The notes under the pieces were generated by a model that saw nothing but the letters and a program-made list of their open reading frames with translations, was not told the origin of the DNA and did not search any database. This document shows positions 1 to 9,627 of a stretch of DNA of 51,902 nucleotides, piece after piece; position 1 is the first letter of the stretch, and each line of letters starts with the position of its first letter. The stretch lies in sequence record DRR723986_6741. One strand, 5' to 3'. The position numbers and the translations under genes are program-made.

Positions 1-527
1 TCGTGTTTTTTAGCGATGGTTTTTACCCAACTATAATCGTGGATCTCACAGAGAAAGGGATCCAATGCATTGCCAATTAGTAAAATTTTGCGTGGTGATA
101 GCTCATCAGATAGTTCTAAGCAAGATTTTTTCCATTGCACAAAATTTAATTGAGTAGAAGGATATAACTCATCAGGTACAATTGCAGAATGTGCATCAGG
201 AGCGATCCAAATTACTTCAGCATTTTTATAGCAGGATTTCCATGCAGCGATTCCTGCCAAATAACCTGAACTAAAAACCGCCGCTGCTGGAGCTCCAGCG
301 GATGCAGCAAAGGCTTCTTCAAACTCATCGAATATAAGGAGGCGAATATTATTAAGTCGACTTTGCCCATGGTTGGAACCAAAATCAAACAATCGATCAG
401 CCAATATATCCAGAAAGTCATTGTTTTGAACAATTCCCAGATAGGATGTACCACTGAAATAGAGATGCTCTCTGCCCTCTATTTCTATCATCCTTCCTAT
501 GCCGGTATCTAGGTAGTGATTTTTCAA
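1..527 (-). CDS. PLP-dependent aminotransferase class I/II, 8-amino-7-oxononanoate synthase (BioF)-like; 3' end runs off the window
   Basis: Not in the ORF track. Manual translation from TTG at 527: MKNHYLDTGIGRMIEIEGREHLYFSGTSYLG...FGSNHGQSRL...AAVFSSGYLAG. These match the AONS-family motifs (F.S..YLG, G...SRL, FSSGY.A). Confidence 0.75.
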   Translation of the reverse strand, partial: MKNHYLDTGIGRMIEIEGREHLYFSGTSYLGIVQNNDFLDILADRLFDFGSNHGQSRLNNIRLLIFDEFEEAFAASAGAPAAAVFSSGYLAGIAAWKSCYKNAEVIWIAPDAHSAIVPDELYPSTQLNFVQWKKSCLELSDELSPRKILLIGNALDPFLCEIHDYSWVKTIAKKH

Positions 528-536
528 AACGAAGTA

Positions 537-959
537 TTACTTGGCGAAAATCTGAGTTTCATCCTGAAAGGATTTGAATTCCAGTGCGTTTCCACAAGGA
601 TCCAAAAAGAACATAGTAGCTTGCTCGCCCACTTCTCCTTGAAATCGAATGTATGGTTCTATAACAAACTCGATTCCATGTGCTTTGAGTTTGTCGGCTA
701 ATTCATGCCACTCTGCCCAGGGTAGTATTGCTCCAAAGTGCCTAACCGGAACATATTTCCCATCCACAGTATTGGTATGCGCCAAGGCTAATTCTTCAGG
801 TTTGATATGAGCGGATAGCTGGTGACCAAAGAAGTTGAAATCTATCCATTTATCAGTGCTTCTACCGATCTCACATCCAAGTAAATCACCATAAAAGGCG
901 CGGGTTTCTGCAATATCCCGTATCGGGAAAGCGAGGTGGAAGGGTTTAAATTGGCTCAT
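537..959 (-). CDS. VOC/glyoxalase family protein
   Basis: FHLAFP...FYGDLLG, HFG, and [13 protein letters not shown] with His/His/Glu metal ligands. Confidence 0.9.
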   Translation of the reverse strand: MSQFKPFHLAFPIRDIAETRAFYGDLLGCEIGRSTDKWIDFNFFGHQLSAHIKPEELALAHTNTVDGKYVPVRHFGAILPWAEWHELADKLKAHGIEFVIEPYIRFQGEVGEQATMFFLDPCGNALEFKSFQDETQIFAK

Positions 960-1019
960 AATGTGTACTTTCGTTGAGGGTTTTTCGGCGCCAATTTAGT
1001 TGTTTATTCCCTAAAAAGT

Positions 1020-1931
1020 ATGGAGAAAAGGAAATCTGTATCATTGGTTTTGAGCAGCGGTGGAGCGCGGGGATTAGCGCATGTAGGTGTCATCGAAGAG
1101 CTTGAAAAACGTGGCTATCACATTGCTGAGATTGCGGGCTGTTCAGCTGGCGCATTAGTTGGTGGAATGTATGCTGCAGGAAAATTGGCCGAATTCAAAG
1201 ATTGGATTTGCCATTTGGATCGGCTGGATGTGTTTTCTTTGATGGATTTTACGTTTTCTTCGAGAGGATTTATCAAAGGAGAAAAGGTTTATAATGCCTT
1301 GAAAAAAGTGGTTCAGGACTGTCAAATCGAGGATTTTGAGATCCCCTTTTATTGCAATGCAGTAGATTATATCAGTGGAAAGGAAGTGGTTTTTCGAGAA
1401 GGAAGCTTGTATACTGCCATTCGTGCATCAGGAAGTATACCTACTGTTTTTCAGCCTGCACGCTTTCATCGTCAAGAGTTAATTGATGGCGGCGTACTAA
1501 ATCCTGTACCCCTTTCACTTTTGCGGCAGTCCGACGAAAATATGATCGTAGTAGTAGGATTAAATGCCGGGGATTCTGAACTGGTTATTCCACCTAAAAA
1601 AGATGCAACTGGTAAAAGCTTTATTTCTATGCCAGCTTGGGTAGCAGATTACCGCACAAAGATGAGACAGTATTTTCCTGAGCAGGTGAAAGAACAAAAG
1701 AAAACCTCGCTCAGCTCCATAAGCCTGATGACACGCTCGTTTGATTTGCTTCAAGATCGGTTCTCTGCTTTGTTGATTGAAAAACATAAAGTTGATATAT
1801 CGATTCAAATAGCAAGAAATCAAGCTGGAACATTGGAATTCCATCGAGCGGAGGAACTGATAGAAATTGGGAGAAAAAAAGCAATTCAAGCCGTAGACAA
1901 CTGGGAAAATGAACATTTCCGAACTCAATAA
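1020..1931 (+). CDS. Patatin-like phospholipase (RssA/NTE family)
   Basis: GGARG oxyanion motif, GCSAG nucleophile elbow, catalytic DGG. Confidence 0.92.
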   Translation: MEKRKSVSLVLSSGGARGLAHVGVIEELEKRGYHIAEIAGCSAGALVGGMYAAGKLAEFKDWICHLDRLDVFSLMDFTFSSRGFIKGEKVYNALKKVVQDCQIEDFEIPFYCNAVDYISGKEVVFREGSLYTAIRASGSIPTVFQPARFHRQELIDGGVLNPVPLSLLRQSDENMIVVVGLNAGDSELVIPPKKDATGKSFISMPAWVADYRTKMRQYFPEQVKEQKKTSLSSISLMTRSFDLLQDRFSALLIEKHKVDISIQIARNQAGTLEFHRAEELIEIGRKKAIQAVDNWENEHFRTQ

Positions 1932-2526
1932 ATTACTTGGTAATATCGACATCTACCTCTTGGATCAGATTCTGAAGGGAAGATTTTCTACCGATATGAA
2001 AATCCTCGATGCAGGCTGCGGGGAAGGTAGAAATGCAGTTTACTTCATCAATGCTGGTTATCAGGTTTTTGGGGTTGATCAGAACGAAACGGCAGTTCAA
2101 TACTGTCGCTACCTGGCAAAAAGCCTGAATAAAAGTTATGATGCATATCGATTTCAGGTTGCTGGCTTGGAAGAGATACCTTTTCACCAATCGGCCTTTG
2201 ACGCTGTGATCTGTTCTGCTGTTCTACATTTTGCCGAAAATGAAAGTAAGTTCTGGAAGATGATAGATGAAATGCTCAGAGTTCTAAAACCTGGCGGGAC
2301 CTTGTGGTTTCGAATGACGACGGCTTTTGGGGGAATTTTGGAAAAAAGCCATGATCTTGGAGGAGGAAGATTCGCGCTACCTGATGGGTCTGAAAGGTTT
2401 TTACTTAGTGAAGCACATCTGGAGAAATTTAAGCAACTTGGATTGACCTACTTGGAAGCGCCTAAAACAGTTCTGGTGCTGGATCAAAGGGAAATGGGAG
2501 TTTTTGTGATGAAAAAAGAACTGTAA
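1909..2526 (+). CDS. Class I SAM-dependent methyltransferase
   Basis: ILDAGCGEG motif I, FDAVIC, LRVLKPGG; overlaps the upstream gene. Confidence 0.9.
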   Translation: MNISELNKLLGNIDIYLLDQILKGRFSTDMKILDAGCGEGRNAVYFINAGYQVFGVDQNETAVQYCRYLAKSLNKSYDAYRFQVAGLEEIPFHQSAFDAVICSAVLHFAENESKFWKMIDEMLRVLKPGGTLWFRMTTAFGGILEKSHDLGGGRFALPDGSERFLLSEAHLEKFKQLGLTYLEAPKTVLVLDQREMGVFVMKKEL

Positions 2527-2549
2527 ACAGCCAACAAAAAGCTCAGACT

Positions 2550-3152
2550 ATGGATTTACAATACGCATTAGAACTGGTTGGAACATTTGTATTTGCAATT
2601 TCAGGGGCATTGGCAATCCGAGAGCTTGAGCATGATTTATTTGGTGCTGGGTTTACAGGATTTATTACTGCCATTGGCGGCGGTACACTTAGAGACATTT
2701 TGTTGGACAGTTATCCACTGGTTTGGATCGCAGATGTAAAGTTTCTGTATGCAATTCTTATCGGTATTTTAGCTGCCTTTATTTTTCCACGCTTCCTGAG
2801 TAGACTTCGTAAAACTTTCTTTCTTTTTGACACTCTGGGAATTGCTTTCTTCACAGTACTTGGTGTGGAAAAAGCGCTCAGTCTAGGCATGAGGCCTGAG
2901 ATTGCTGCTATCATGGGGATGTTTTCTGCAGTGATGGGTGGGGTAATTCGAGATACCTTGACAAATCAAATACCTATTCTATTTAGGAAGGAAATTTATG
3001 CTTCTGCTTGCTTGGCAGGTGCGATAGTTTATTTAATTATCAATTCATTTGAAGTCGCGAGAGATATTAATTTACTGATCTCGATCTCAGTAATTATTGC
3101 AATCCGCATGCTGTCGATGAAATATAAATTGAGTTTGCCTAGACTGGACTAA
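2550..3152 (+). CDS. Trimeric intracellular cation channel (TRIC/UPF0126) family membrane protein
   Basis: Duplicated motifs FAISGA..GGGTLRD and MGGVIRD..P..F.KEIYA; about 7 TM helices. Confidence 0.9.
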   Translation: MDLQYALELVGTFVFAISGALAIRELEHDLFGAGFTGFITAIGGGTLRDILLDSYPLVWIADVKFLYAILIGILAAFIFPRFLSRLRKTFFLFDTLGIAFFTVLGVEKALSLGMRPEIAAIMGMFSAVMGGVIRDTLTNQIPILFRKEIYASACLAGAIVYLIINSFEVARDINLLISISVIIAIRMLSMKYKLSLPRLD

Positions 3153-3207
3153 GTCAATTTTCAATTGGCAAATTCATTTCTCAGGTTTAAAACTGATCAG
3201 GATTTGA

Positions 3208-3786
3208 TTACCAAAACTTTGGAATAAGCGCAGGGACTTTTGATTTATAGTTTTGGTAAGCTTCGCCAAATTGGAGTACAAGATTCTTTTCCTCAAAGTA
3301 TATCCCAAAAGGTAGATAGAGAACCAAACAGCTTAGGTGTACCACGGAAGTTAGGCTTCCTGAGAATAGAAAATACCCTAGAAAAACCAACACCAATCCA
3401 GAATAGAGAGGATGCCGGACCTTGGCATAAAGACCAGTTGTAATCAATTCTTCAGAACTCTCTACACTAGGGGTAATTCCAAGGAATCGCTTCATTGAGT
3501 AGTTTTTGCTTGATTTAGTAGCTATGATTGTTCCAAATCCTGCCAGCATATATCCAAGATAGTCTGTAAAGTCGCTTTTTGAAATCAAAGTAGTTTTCGG
3601 AATAAAGACTGCTTGAACCATGATGCCAATGAATAGTATCAGTGAAATTAAGGTATAAACTAATCGATACCATTTGTAAGCGTCTCCCCATTTTACCTCC
3701 AAAATTCTTTTTAACTTGGATGCTGCCATCAGAGAATGGGCTGTGTAAAAAATGATCCAACTTAGTGCTAGCAGTACATAACTCAT
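3208..3786 (-). CDS. Isoprenylcysteine carboxyl methyltransferase/PEMT-like membrane protein
   Basis: LITTGLYAKVRHPLY and EEKNL...FGEAYQNYKSKVP motifs. Confidence 0.85.
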   Translation of the reverse strand: MSYVLLALSWIIFYTAHSLMAASKLKRILEVKWGDAYKWYRLVYTLISLILFIGIMVQAVFIPKTTLISKSDFTDYLGYMLAGFGTIIATKSSKNYSMKRFLGITPSVESSEELITTGLYAKVRHPLYSGLVLVFLGYFLFSGSLTSVVHLSCLVLYLPFGIYFEEKNLVLQFGEAYQNYKSKVPALIPKFW

Positions 3787-3913
3787 TGTAGTATATTAAT
3801 TTCGTAGCCACTATAATTTTTATGAAATCGAGCATGTCGCAAACGATACACGAAGGAATAATTAGTAACCATGCGAGATTCCATATGGCTAATAAAAGTC
3901 AAATTATAAACAG

Positions 3914-5122
3914 ATGAAAATCGGAATAATCCGCGAAGGAAAAAACCCACCAGATAAACGTGTTCCTTTTACGCCAGAGCAACTGAAGAGGATTCAGGAG
4001 GAATATGCCGGGAAGATCAGCATACAAGTGCAAGCTAGTCCTGTTAGGGCTTTTACAGATCAGGAATTTGTTGATTCAGGGATTGAAGTAGTTGAGGATA
4101 TTTCCACTTGTGATGTTCTTTTTGGGGTAAAGGAAGTTCCTATTTCCAATTTAATTGAGGGGAAAACTTTTTTTTTCTTTTCGCATACGATCAAAAAACA
4201 ACCTTACAATAGGAAACTACTCCAAGCAGTACTGGACAAAAAAATCCGATTGATTGATTATGAAGTATTGAAAAATGAGCTGGGAAATCGTGTAGTGGCT
4301 TTTGGAAGGTGGGCTGGTATAGTTGGAGCATACAATGCGTTTTGGACGTATGGAAAGAAGACTGACCTTTTTGAGATTAAGCGGGCTTATGAATGCGCAG
4401 ATCTGAAGGAACTCCATGCTGAGCTTGCCAAAGTGCAATTGCCACCGGTGAAAATTATTCTTACTGGTTCGGGACGTGTTGGAAGCGGTGCCAAGGAGAT
4501 TTTGAATTCATTAAAGATTCGCGAAGTTTCGGTGCATGATTTCCTGCATCTTTATTTTGAAGAGCCAGTGTATGTTAATTTGAGCTCTGCAGATTATAAT
4601 AGAAGGAAATCAGATGGAGGGTTTGACAAGGAGGAGTTTTACACCTTCCCTGAAAAGTATGAAAGCCACTTCCAGAAATTTGCAGAGGCGGGCGAGATGC
4701 TTATTTCCGGAGCTTACTGGGATCCAGATGCTCCAAGATTATTTGAATTGAAGGATATCTCAGGAGAGGATTTTCAGCTTTCCGTGATTGCTGATGTGAG
4801 CTGTGATGTGGGCGGATCAATTCCGACTACGATCACGTCCAGCACAATCACTGATCCAGTGTATGATGTGGATCGCCAAACGGGAGAGAAAATTCCTGCC
4901 TTTGGAAGTCAGACAAGCATATCGGTCATGGCTATTGATAATTTGCCTTGTGAGTTGCCTCGAGAAGCTAGCCAGGAATTTGGAATTCAATTGATGAAAT
5001 GGGTGATTCCAGCGCTTTTGGAAGATAATTCTGGAATTCTAGAGCGAGCGACGATTGCACGGGATGGGGACTTGACTATTGAGTTTATCTATTTGAATGA
5101 CTTTGTAAATCAATATGAATAA
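3914..5122 (+). CDS. Lysine-ketoglutarate reductase/saccharopine dehydrogenase-like NAD(P) oxidoreductase (AlaDh/PNT fold)
   Basis: GVKE, FFSHTIKKQPYN, LIDYE, AFGRWAG, GSGRVG, DVSCD, MAIDNLPCELPREAS. Confidence 0.8.
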   Translation: MKIGIIREGKNPPDKRVPFTPEQLKRIQEEYAGKISIQVQASPVRAFTDQEFVDSGIEVVEDISTCDVLFGVKEVPISNLIEGKTFFFFSHTIKKQPYNRKLLQAVLDKKIRLIDYEVLKNELGNRVVAFGRWAGIVGAYNAFWTYGKKTDLFEIKRAYECADLKELHAELAKVQLPPVKIILTGSGRVGSGAKEILNSLKIREVSVHDFLHLYFEEPVYVNLSSADYNRRKSDGGFDKEEFYTFPEKYESHFQKFAEAGEMLISGAYWDPDAPRLFELKDISGEDFQLSVIADVSCDVGGSIPTTITSSTITDPVYDVDRQTGEKIPAFGSQTSISVMAIDNLPCELPREASQEFGIQLMKWVIPALLEDNSGILERATIARDGDLTIEFIYLNDFVNQYE

Positions 5123-5774
5123 GTTGAATCGCTTTTTGGAATCCACACTTTTGAAGCCTACGATGACTGGAACGGAGGTGGATTTATTAGTTAAAGAAGC
5201 TATTGATGAGCAATTTGTGGGAGTTTGCGTTCCTCCCTTTTGGGTGAAAAAAGTAAGGAGAGACTTAGGCGAAGAAAACATACAATTAGTCACGGTGGTT
5301 GGGTTTCCTTTTGGATACACCGATACCGCGACGAAGGTATTTGAAGCCAAAGAAGCAATCCGTCAAGGTGCAGATGAATTAGATTTGGTGTGGTCTCAAA
5401 CGGCTTATCATTCTGGGATGATTTGGCCAAAAATAGAAATTGCTCAGATAGCCAAAATTTGCCACGAGGAAGAGAGAATTCTCAAGGTCATTATAGAAAC
5501 AGCCAATTTGAATGAAGAGCAAATTATTGAGGCTAGTTTGATGTGTCAGGATGCTGGGGCAGATTTTGTGAAAACATCTACTGGCTATGCCTCCGCTGGC
5601 GCAAAAGTGGAACATATCAAATTGATGCGGGAAAATTTATCTTCCAATGTGGGTATCAAAGCAAGTGGAGGCATCAAAACGCTGGATTTTGCTCTGCAAC
5701 TCATAAATGCTGGTGCTGATAGGATTGGGACTAGCTCTGCAAAAGCATTAATGAATTCCTGGCGAGCTACTTAA
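5115..5774 (+). CDS. deoC: Deoxyribose-phosphate aldolase
   Basis: VVGFPFG, GADELD, KVIIET, FVKTSTG (Schiff-base Lys), IKASGG, RIGTS. Confidence 0.93.
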   Translation: MNKLNRFLESTLLKPTMTGTEVDLLVKEAIDEQFVGVCVPPFWVKKVRRDLGEENIQLVTVVGFPFGYTDTATKVFEAKEAIRQGADELDLVWSQTAYHSGMIWPKIEIAQIAKICHEEERILKVIIETANLNEEQIIEASLMCQDAGADFVKTSTGYASAGAKVEHIKLMRENLSSNVGIKASGGIKTLDFALQLINAGADRIGTSSAKALMNSWRAT

Positions 5775-6880
5775 TCGTTACTGAAATATATCAGTAGAAA
5801 CGGAATAATGAAGAAAGTCAAAAGGATATAGGCAAAACCTAAAAATTTACTTTTCACCGATTCTTTTCCCATAGACAGAGCCAGTCTGATCGGAATATTT
5901 CTCACTGCAGGAAAAGGCAGAAATATCAGAGCCCCAATAAAGTTGAAAAGAAAGTGAACTAAAGCTAGCGCAATGGCGGCTTCTGTTTTATAAATAGCAG
6001 CAATAGCAGCAGTTATGGTCGTGCCAATGTTTGCTCCAATGATAAAAGGGAAGGATTTTTTGACAGATACCTTTTTATTGGCTACAAGAGGGACAACCAG
6101 GGAAGTGGTGACTGTACTCGATTGTACAGCAGCGGTGAAGAAAGTCCCATAAATGAAAGCCATGTAAGGGTTTTTGAAAATCAGTTTATTAATGTCCTGA
6201 AAACTGTTCAGAACGAATGCCTTATAAACTGATGTAGATAAGATCTTTATGGCGGCAAAAACCATGAAAATGGAGATAATCATGGTCAGGAATGGAATAT
6301 CTATAGTGCTCGAGATCCATTCTGTAATCGGTCTGGTAAATACTTTATTGTAGACGATGGGTCCTGTGTAGGATTCATCCGGAGTGAATAAATGTGCAAT
6401 CTGGATTGAAACCTTAGATAAAAAACCAAAATAGATCTCAAGCGGCAAAAGAAGAATAACTGTGAAAATATTAAAGATATCATGCAGCATTCCCGCAGAC
6501 AGGGCACGCTTGAATTGCTTTTTATTCATTATATAAGAAAGGGAAACCAGCGTAGAGGTTAACGTCGTTCCGATATTGGCACCCATGACCATAGGTACTG
6601 CTTGCTCTAAGGTAAGGTTGCCCGCTGCTACCACTGCTACAACACTAGCAGTGACGGTAGAGCTACTTTGAATTAGGGCAGTCATCAAAAGCCCAATAAA
6701 TAAACTTACAAAAGGGTTTCTTGTAGCGAGTAGGATATTTTCGGCTACGTCATTATTCAAATGACTCATTGCTACTGTGAGCAAATCAATAGCGAAGATG
6801 AATAGCAACAGTGCCAAAAGCATCATGATATAGCTTTTGGTCTTATTAATTTTATCTTTTTCCGGCTCTAAGCTCTCCAT
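5771..6880 (-). CDS. Na+/phosphate symporter (NptA/SLC34 family)
   Basis: Two QSSS/QSST...GANIGTT repeats. Confidence 0.92.
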   Translation of the reverse strand: MESLEPEKDKINKTKSYIMMLLALLLFIFAIDLLTVAMSHLNNDVAENILLATRNPFVSLFIGLLMTALIQSSSTVTASVVAVVAAGNLTLEQAVPMVMGANIGTTLTSTLVSLSYIMNKKQFKRALSAGMLHDIFNIFTVILLLPLEIYFGFLSKVSIQIAHLFTPDESYTGPIVYNKVFTRPITEWISSTIDIPFLTMIISIFMVFAAIKILSTSVYKAFVLNSFQDINKLIFKNPYMAFIYGTFFTAAVQSSTVTTSLVVPLVANKKVSVKKSFPFIIGANIGTTITAAIAAIYKTEAAIALALVHFLFNFIGALIFLPFPAVRNIPIRLALSMGKESVKSKFLGFAYILLTFFIIPFLLIYFSND

Positions 6881-7054
6881 CTTTTAGTTTAGAATAAATC
6901 TCCCGCTTTCTATTTTACCTCAGGATTAGGGATTTATAAAAGAGTCTTGAACTATCCTAGAATCCAAATTTTTAATAAAATATTGGGCAAAAGTTGAAAT
7001 TTTTTTGCGAAAAACAAGGCAAAACTTCCTTTTTGAAGAGGAATTGTAGTTACT

Positions 7055-7099
7055 TAACAATTTGATAACATGGATAGAAGGATATCTTCTTTAATTTTG
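7055..7099 (+). promoter_or_regulatory. TAACA direct repeat with 11-bp period (Pho-box/OmpR-like) upstream of a Bacteroidota -7 element
   Basis: TAACA at 7055-7059 and 7066-7070; TAATTTTG at 7092-7099; lies between two phosphate-transporter-like genes. Confidence 0.45.
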
Positions 7100-7122
7100 C
7101 GCGACCGACCAAAAGGCAAATC

Positions 7123-8253
7123 ATGGCCAAGAAAAAAATAGACCAAAATATTAATCAGGATAAGCTCTCCAAAAGTGCTTACTCCCTCTTTGATTTCACC
7201 AAGAAAGAGAAACCCTTTCTAATCATCATTTGTGTACTCATATCCATCGCTGCGGTAATCACTCCTTATACGTATGCAGCTATGTGGTTTGGCTTTGCTT
7301 TGGCTGCATATTCTGCTATCGCCAATGACAGTATTCAGACGATCGGTACTTTTATCGCTTCCAATCATAATAAGAAGTGGTATTGGTTATGGCTTTTCAT
7401 GGGCCTTATATTCGTAGGCACGGTTACCTACAGCTGGTTTACCTATAGTGGAGACGTGAGTTACCAGAGATTATCTGTTCCAGGTCTGGATAAAGCGCCG
7501 ACAAGCTTTGTATTTCTTCAGCTTGCTGCTCCTATCGTTCTTTTGATTATGACCAGGCTCAGAATGCCTGTTTCTACTACATTTTTGTTGCTGAATGTCT
7601 TTACATACAAAGCTGGGACTATTGTTAGTGTGATGTTTAAGAGCTTTGTGGGGTACCTGCTTGCATTCTCTATTGCAATAGCTGTATGGTTTGTACTTGA
7701 GCGATTTGTTAAAAATTACCTAAAAGGGAAACCAGCACCTTATTGGATTTACCTGCAGTGGATTACCTCTGGGACACTTTGGGCAGTGTGGATCATGCAG
7801 GATGCTGCAAATATTGCGGTATTTCTTCCAAGACAATTGGATGCAGTAGAATTCTCTATTTATGCAGGGTTTGTATTTATAGGATTAGGCTTCCTTTTCT
7901 ACATGAAAGGTGATAAAATCCAAGGAATTGTAAACGAAAAGTCAAGCGTTACAGATGTTCGTGCGGCGACGATTGTTGACTTCGTTTATGCTATTATACT
8001 GTTCTACTTTAAGCTTTATAGCAATGTTCCTATGAGTACTACTTGGGTATTTATAGGGTTACTCGGAGGTAGAGAAATCGCAATTGCACTTGGTAAGCAC
8101 GCGAAGGCAGAGAAGAGAAATGCTTGGTTATTTAGGGCCTTTAAAATGGCTAGAAATGACGTGTCCAAGGCATTTATCGGATTAGTGGTATCCCTGATTC
8201 TCGCATTCATTATCAATTATGGCGTGAGAAACGAGATTCTGGATTTTTTCTAG
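7123..8253 (+). CDS. Polytopic membrane protein, divergent PiT/PHO4-like transporter
   Basis: Pseudo-duplicated ANDS...MPVSTT and QDAAN...VPMSTT resemble the PiT signatures GAND..N and PxSTT; about 10 TM helices. Confidence 0.6.
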   Translation: MAKKKIDQNINQDKLSKSAYSLFDFTKKEKPFLIIICVLISIAAVITPYTYAAMWFGFALAAYSAIANDSIQTIGTFIASNHNKKWYWLWLFMGLIFVGTVTYSWFTYSGDVSYQRLSVPGLDKAPTSFVFLQLAAPIVLLIMTRLRMPVSTTFLLLNVFTYKAGTIVSVMFKSFVGYLLAFSIAIAVWFVLERFVKNYLKGKPAPYWIYLQWITSGTLWAVWIMQDAANIAVFLPRQLDAVEFSIYAGFVFIGLGFLFYMKGDKIQGIVNEKSSVTDVRAATIVDFVYAIILFYFKLYSNVPMSTTWVFIGLLGGREIAIALGKHAKAEKRNAWLFRAFKMARNDVSKAFIGLVVSLILAFIINYGVRNEILDFF

Positions 8254-8259
8254 GCCATT

Positions 8260-8709
8260 TTGGAAATAGAACTATACAGCCACGAGTACTTTATGAATGA
8301 AGCCCTGAAGCAAGCCAAAATTGCTTTTGAAGAGGGTGAAATTCCTGTTGGGGCTGTTATAGTTTCTAAAAACAGGGTCATTGCCAAAGCTTACAATCAA
8401 ACGGAAAAGCTCAATGATGTAACAGCTCATGCAGAAATGCTTGCAATTACTTCCGCTGCGAATTACATGGGGGCAAAATATCTGAATGATTGTAGGCTTT
8501 ACGTAACTCTTGAGCCTTGTGTAATGTGTGGGGGAGCACTTTTTTGGTCCCAAATCGGTGAAATTCATTATGGTGCATCTGATCCTAGAAGAGGGTATTT
8601 GCAAAGCAATCCGGGAATAGTCCACCCCAAAACCAAAGTTTTCACAGGAAGTCTTGCCTTAGAATCTGAACAGCTTTTGCTGGAATTTTTCAAAAAACTG
8701 AGAAAATAA
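8260..8709 (+). CDS. tadA: tRNA adenosine(34) deaminase / nucleoside deaminase
   Basis: GEIPVGAV, TAHAE, TLEPCVMC; TTG start. Confidence 0.88.
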   Translation: MEIELYSHEYFMNEALKQAKIAFEEGEIPVGAVIVSKNRVIAKAYNQTEKLNDVTAHAEMLAITSAANYMGAKYLNDCRLYVTLEPCVMCGGALFWSQIGEIHYGASDPRRGYLQSNPGIVHPKTKVFTGSLALESEQLLLEFFKKLRK

Positions 8710-8812
8710 AAGGAAATTGATCTGTAAAGAACCTTTTTCGTTTTCACTTGGTTGCTAAGGCAGATTATTTGTAAGATTTTTAATCAATCTTTTAACCTTA
8801 AAATAAAACAAA

Positions 8813-9424
8813 ATGGCTTTCGAACTTCCAGCTTTACCTTATGCCACTACGGCTTTGGAACCACACATTGATGCAAGAACTATGGAAATCCACCATGGTA
8901 AGCACCACAATGGATACGTAACTAATCTTAACAATGCAATCGCAGGAACTGACTTGGAAAACAAGTCGCTAGAAGAATTGCTTCAACTTGCAGGCTCAAA
9001 CACTGCCGTAAGAAATAACGGTGGTGGTCATTATAATCACAGCCTTTTCTGGAAAATCATGTCTCCAACTGGAGGCGGAGCACCAACTGGTGATTTGGCT
9101 AATGCGATCAATGCAAAGTTTGCCAACTTCGATTCTTTCAAAGAAGCTTTCAATAAAGCAGCAGCGACTAGATTTGGGTCTGGCTGGGCTTGGTTGATTT
9201 TAACTGCAGCTGGTACTTTGGAGATTGTATCTACTGCAAATCAGGACAATCCTCTTATGGATGTAGCTGAAATCAAAGGAACTCCTATCATCGGTCTTGA
9301 TGTGTGGGAGCATGCTTACTACCTGAATTATCAAAACCTTCGTCCTAGCTACATTGCCGCTTTCTGGAATGTGATCAACTGGGATCAGGCAAATGCGAAC
9401 TACGCTGAAGCGTTGAAGAAATAA
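8813..9424 (+). CDS. sodA: Superoxide dismutase, Mn-type signature
   Basis: [36 protein letters not shown]. Confidence 0.95.
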   Translation: MAFELPALPYATTALEPHIDARTMEIHHGKHHNGYVTNLNNAIAGTDLENKSLEELLQLAGSNTAVRNNGGGHYNHSLFWKIMSPTGGGAPTGDLANAINAKFANFDSFKEAFNKAAATRFGSGWAWLILTAAGTLEIVSTANQDNPLMDVAEIKGTPIIGLDVWEHAYYLNYQNLRPSYIAAFWNVINWDQANANYAEALKK

Positions 9425-9444
9425 GCTTTTAAAGCTAAAATTGG

Positions 9445-9475
9445 AATCCCCGGACATTACGTTCGGGGATTTTTT
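9445..9475 (+). terminator. Intrinsic terminator after sodA
   Basis: AATCCCCGGA/TTCGGGGATT stem followed by a T-run. Confidence 0.85.
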
Positions 9476-9627
9476 ATGTCCAAAGCTGAAATAACACTGT
9501 ACGTTTTCGATACACTCTTATTTTGCTGAGAAATAAAAAATGTCGAATAGGGCTATTTTAGGCGGTTTTTAAGCCTTGGCATTTCTTTTTCAATAGGTGG
9601 TACAATAACACACAAAGTACTATTGAG

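Noticed and set aside
212-454. 80-aa minus-strand ORF in the track
   Set aside because: An alternative frame overlapping the BioF-like gene, which has the recognisable motifs.
4166-4181. Poly-T tract as a phase-variation site
   Set aside because: It encodes TFFFFS in a conserved motif with an intact frame.
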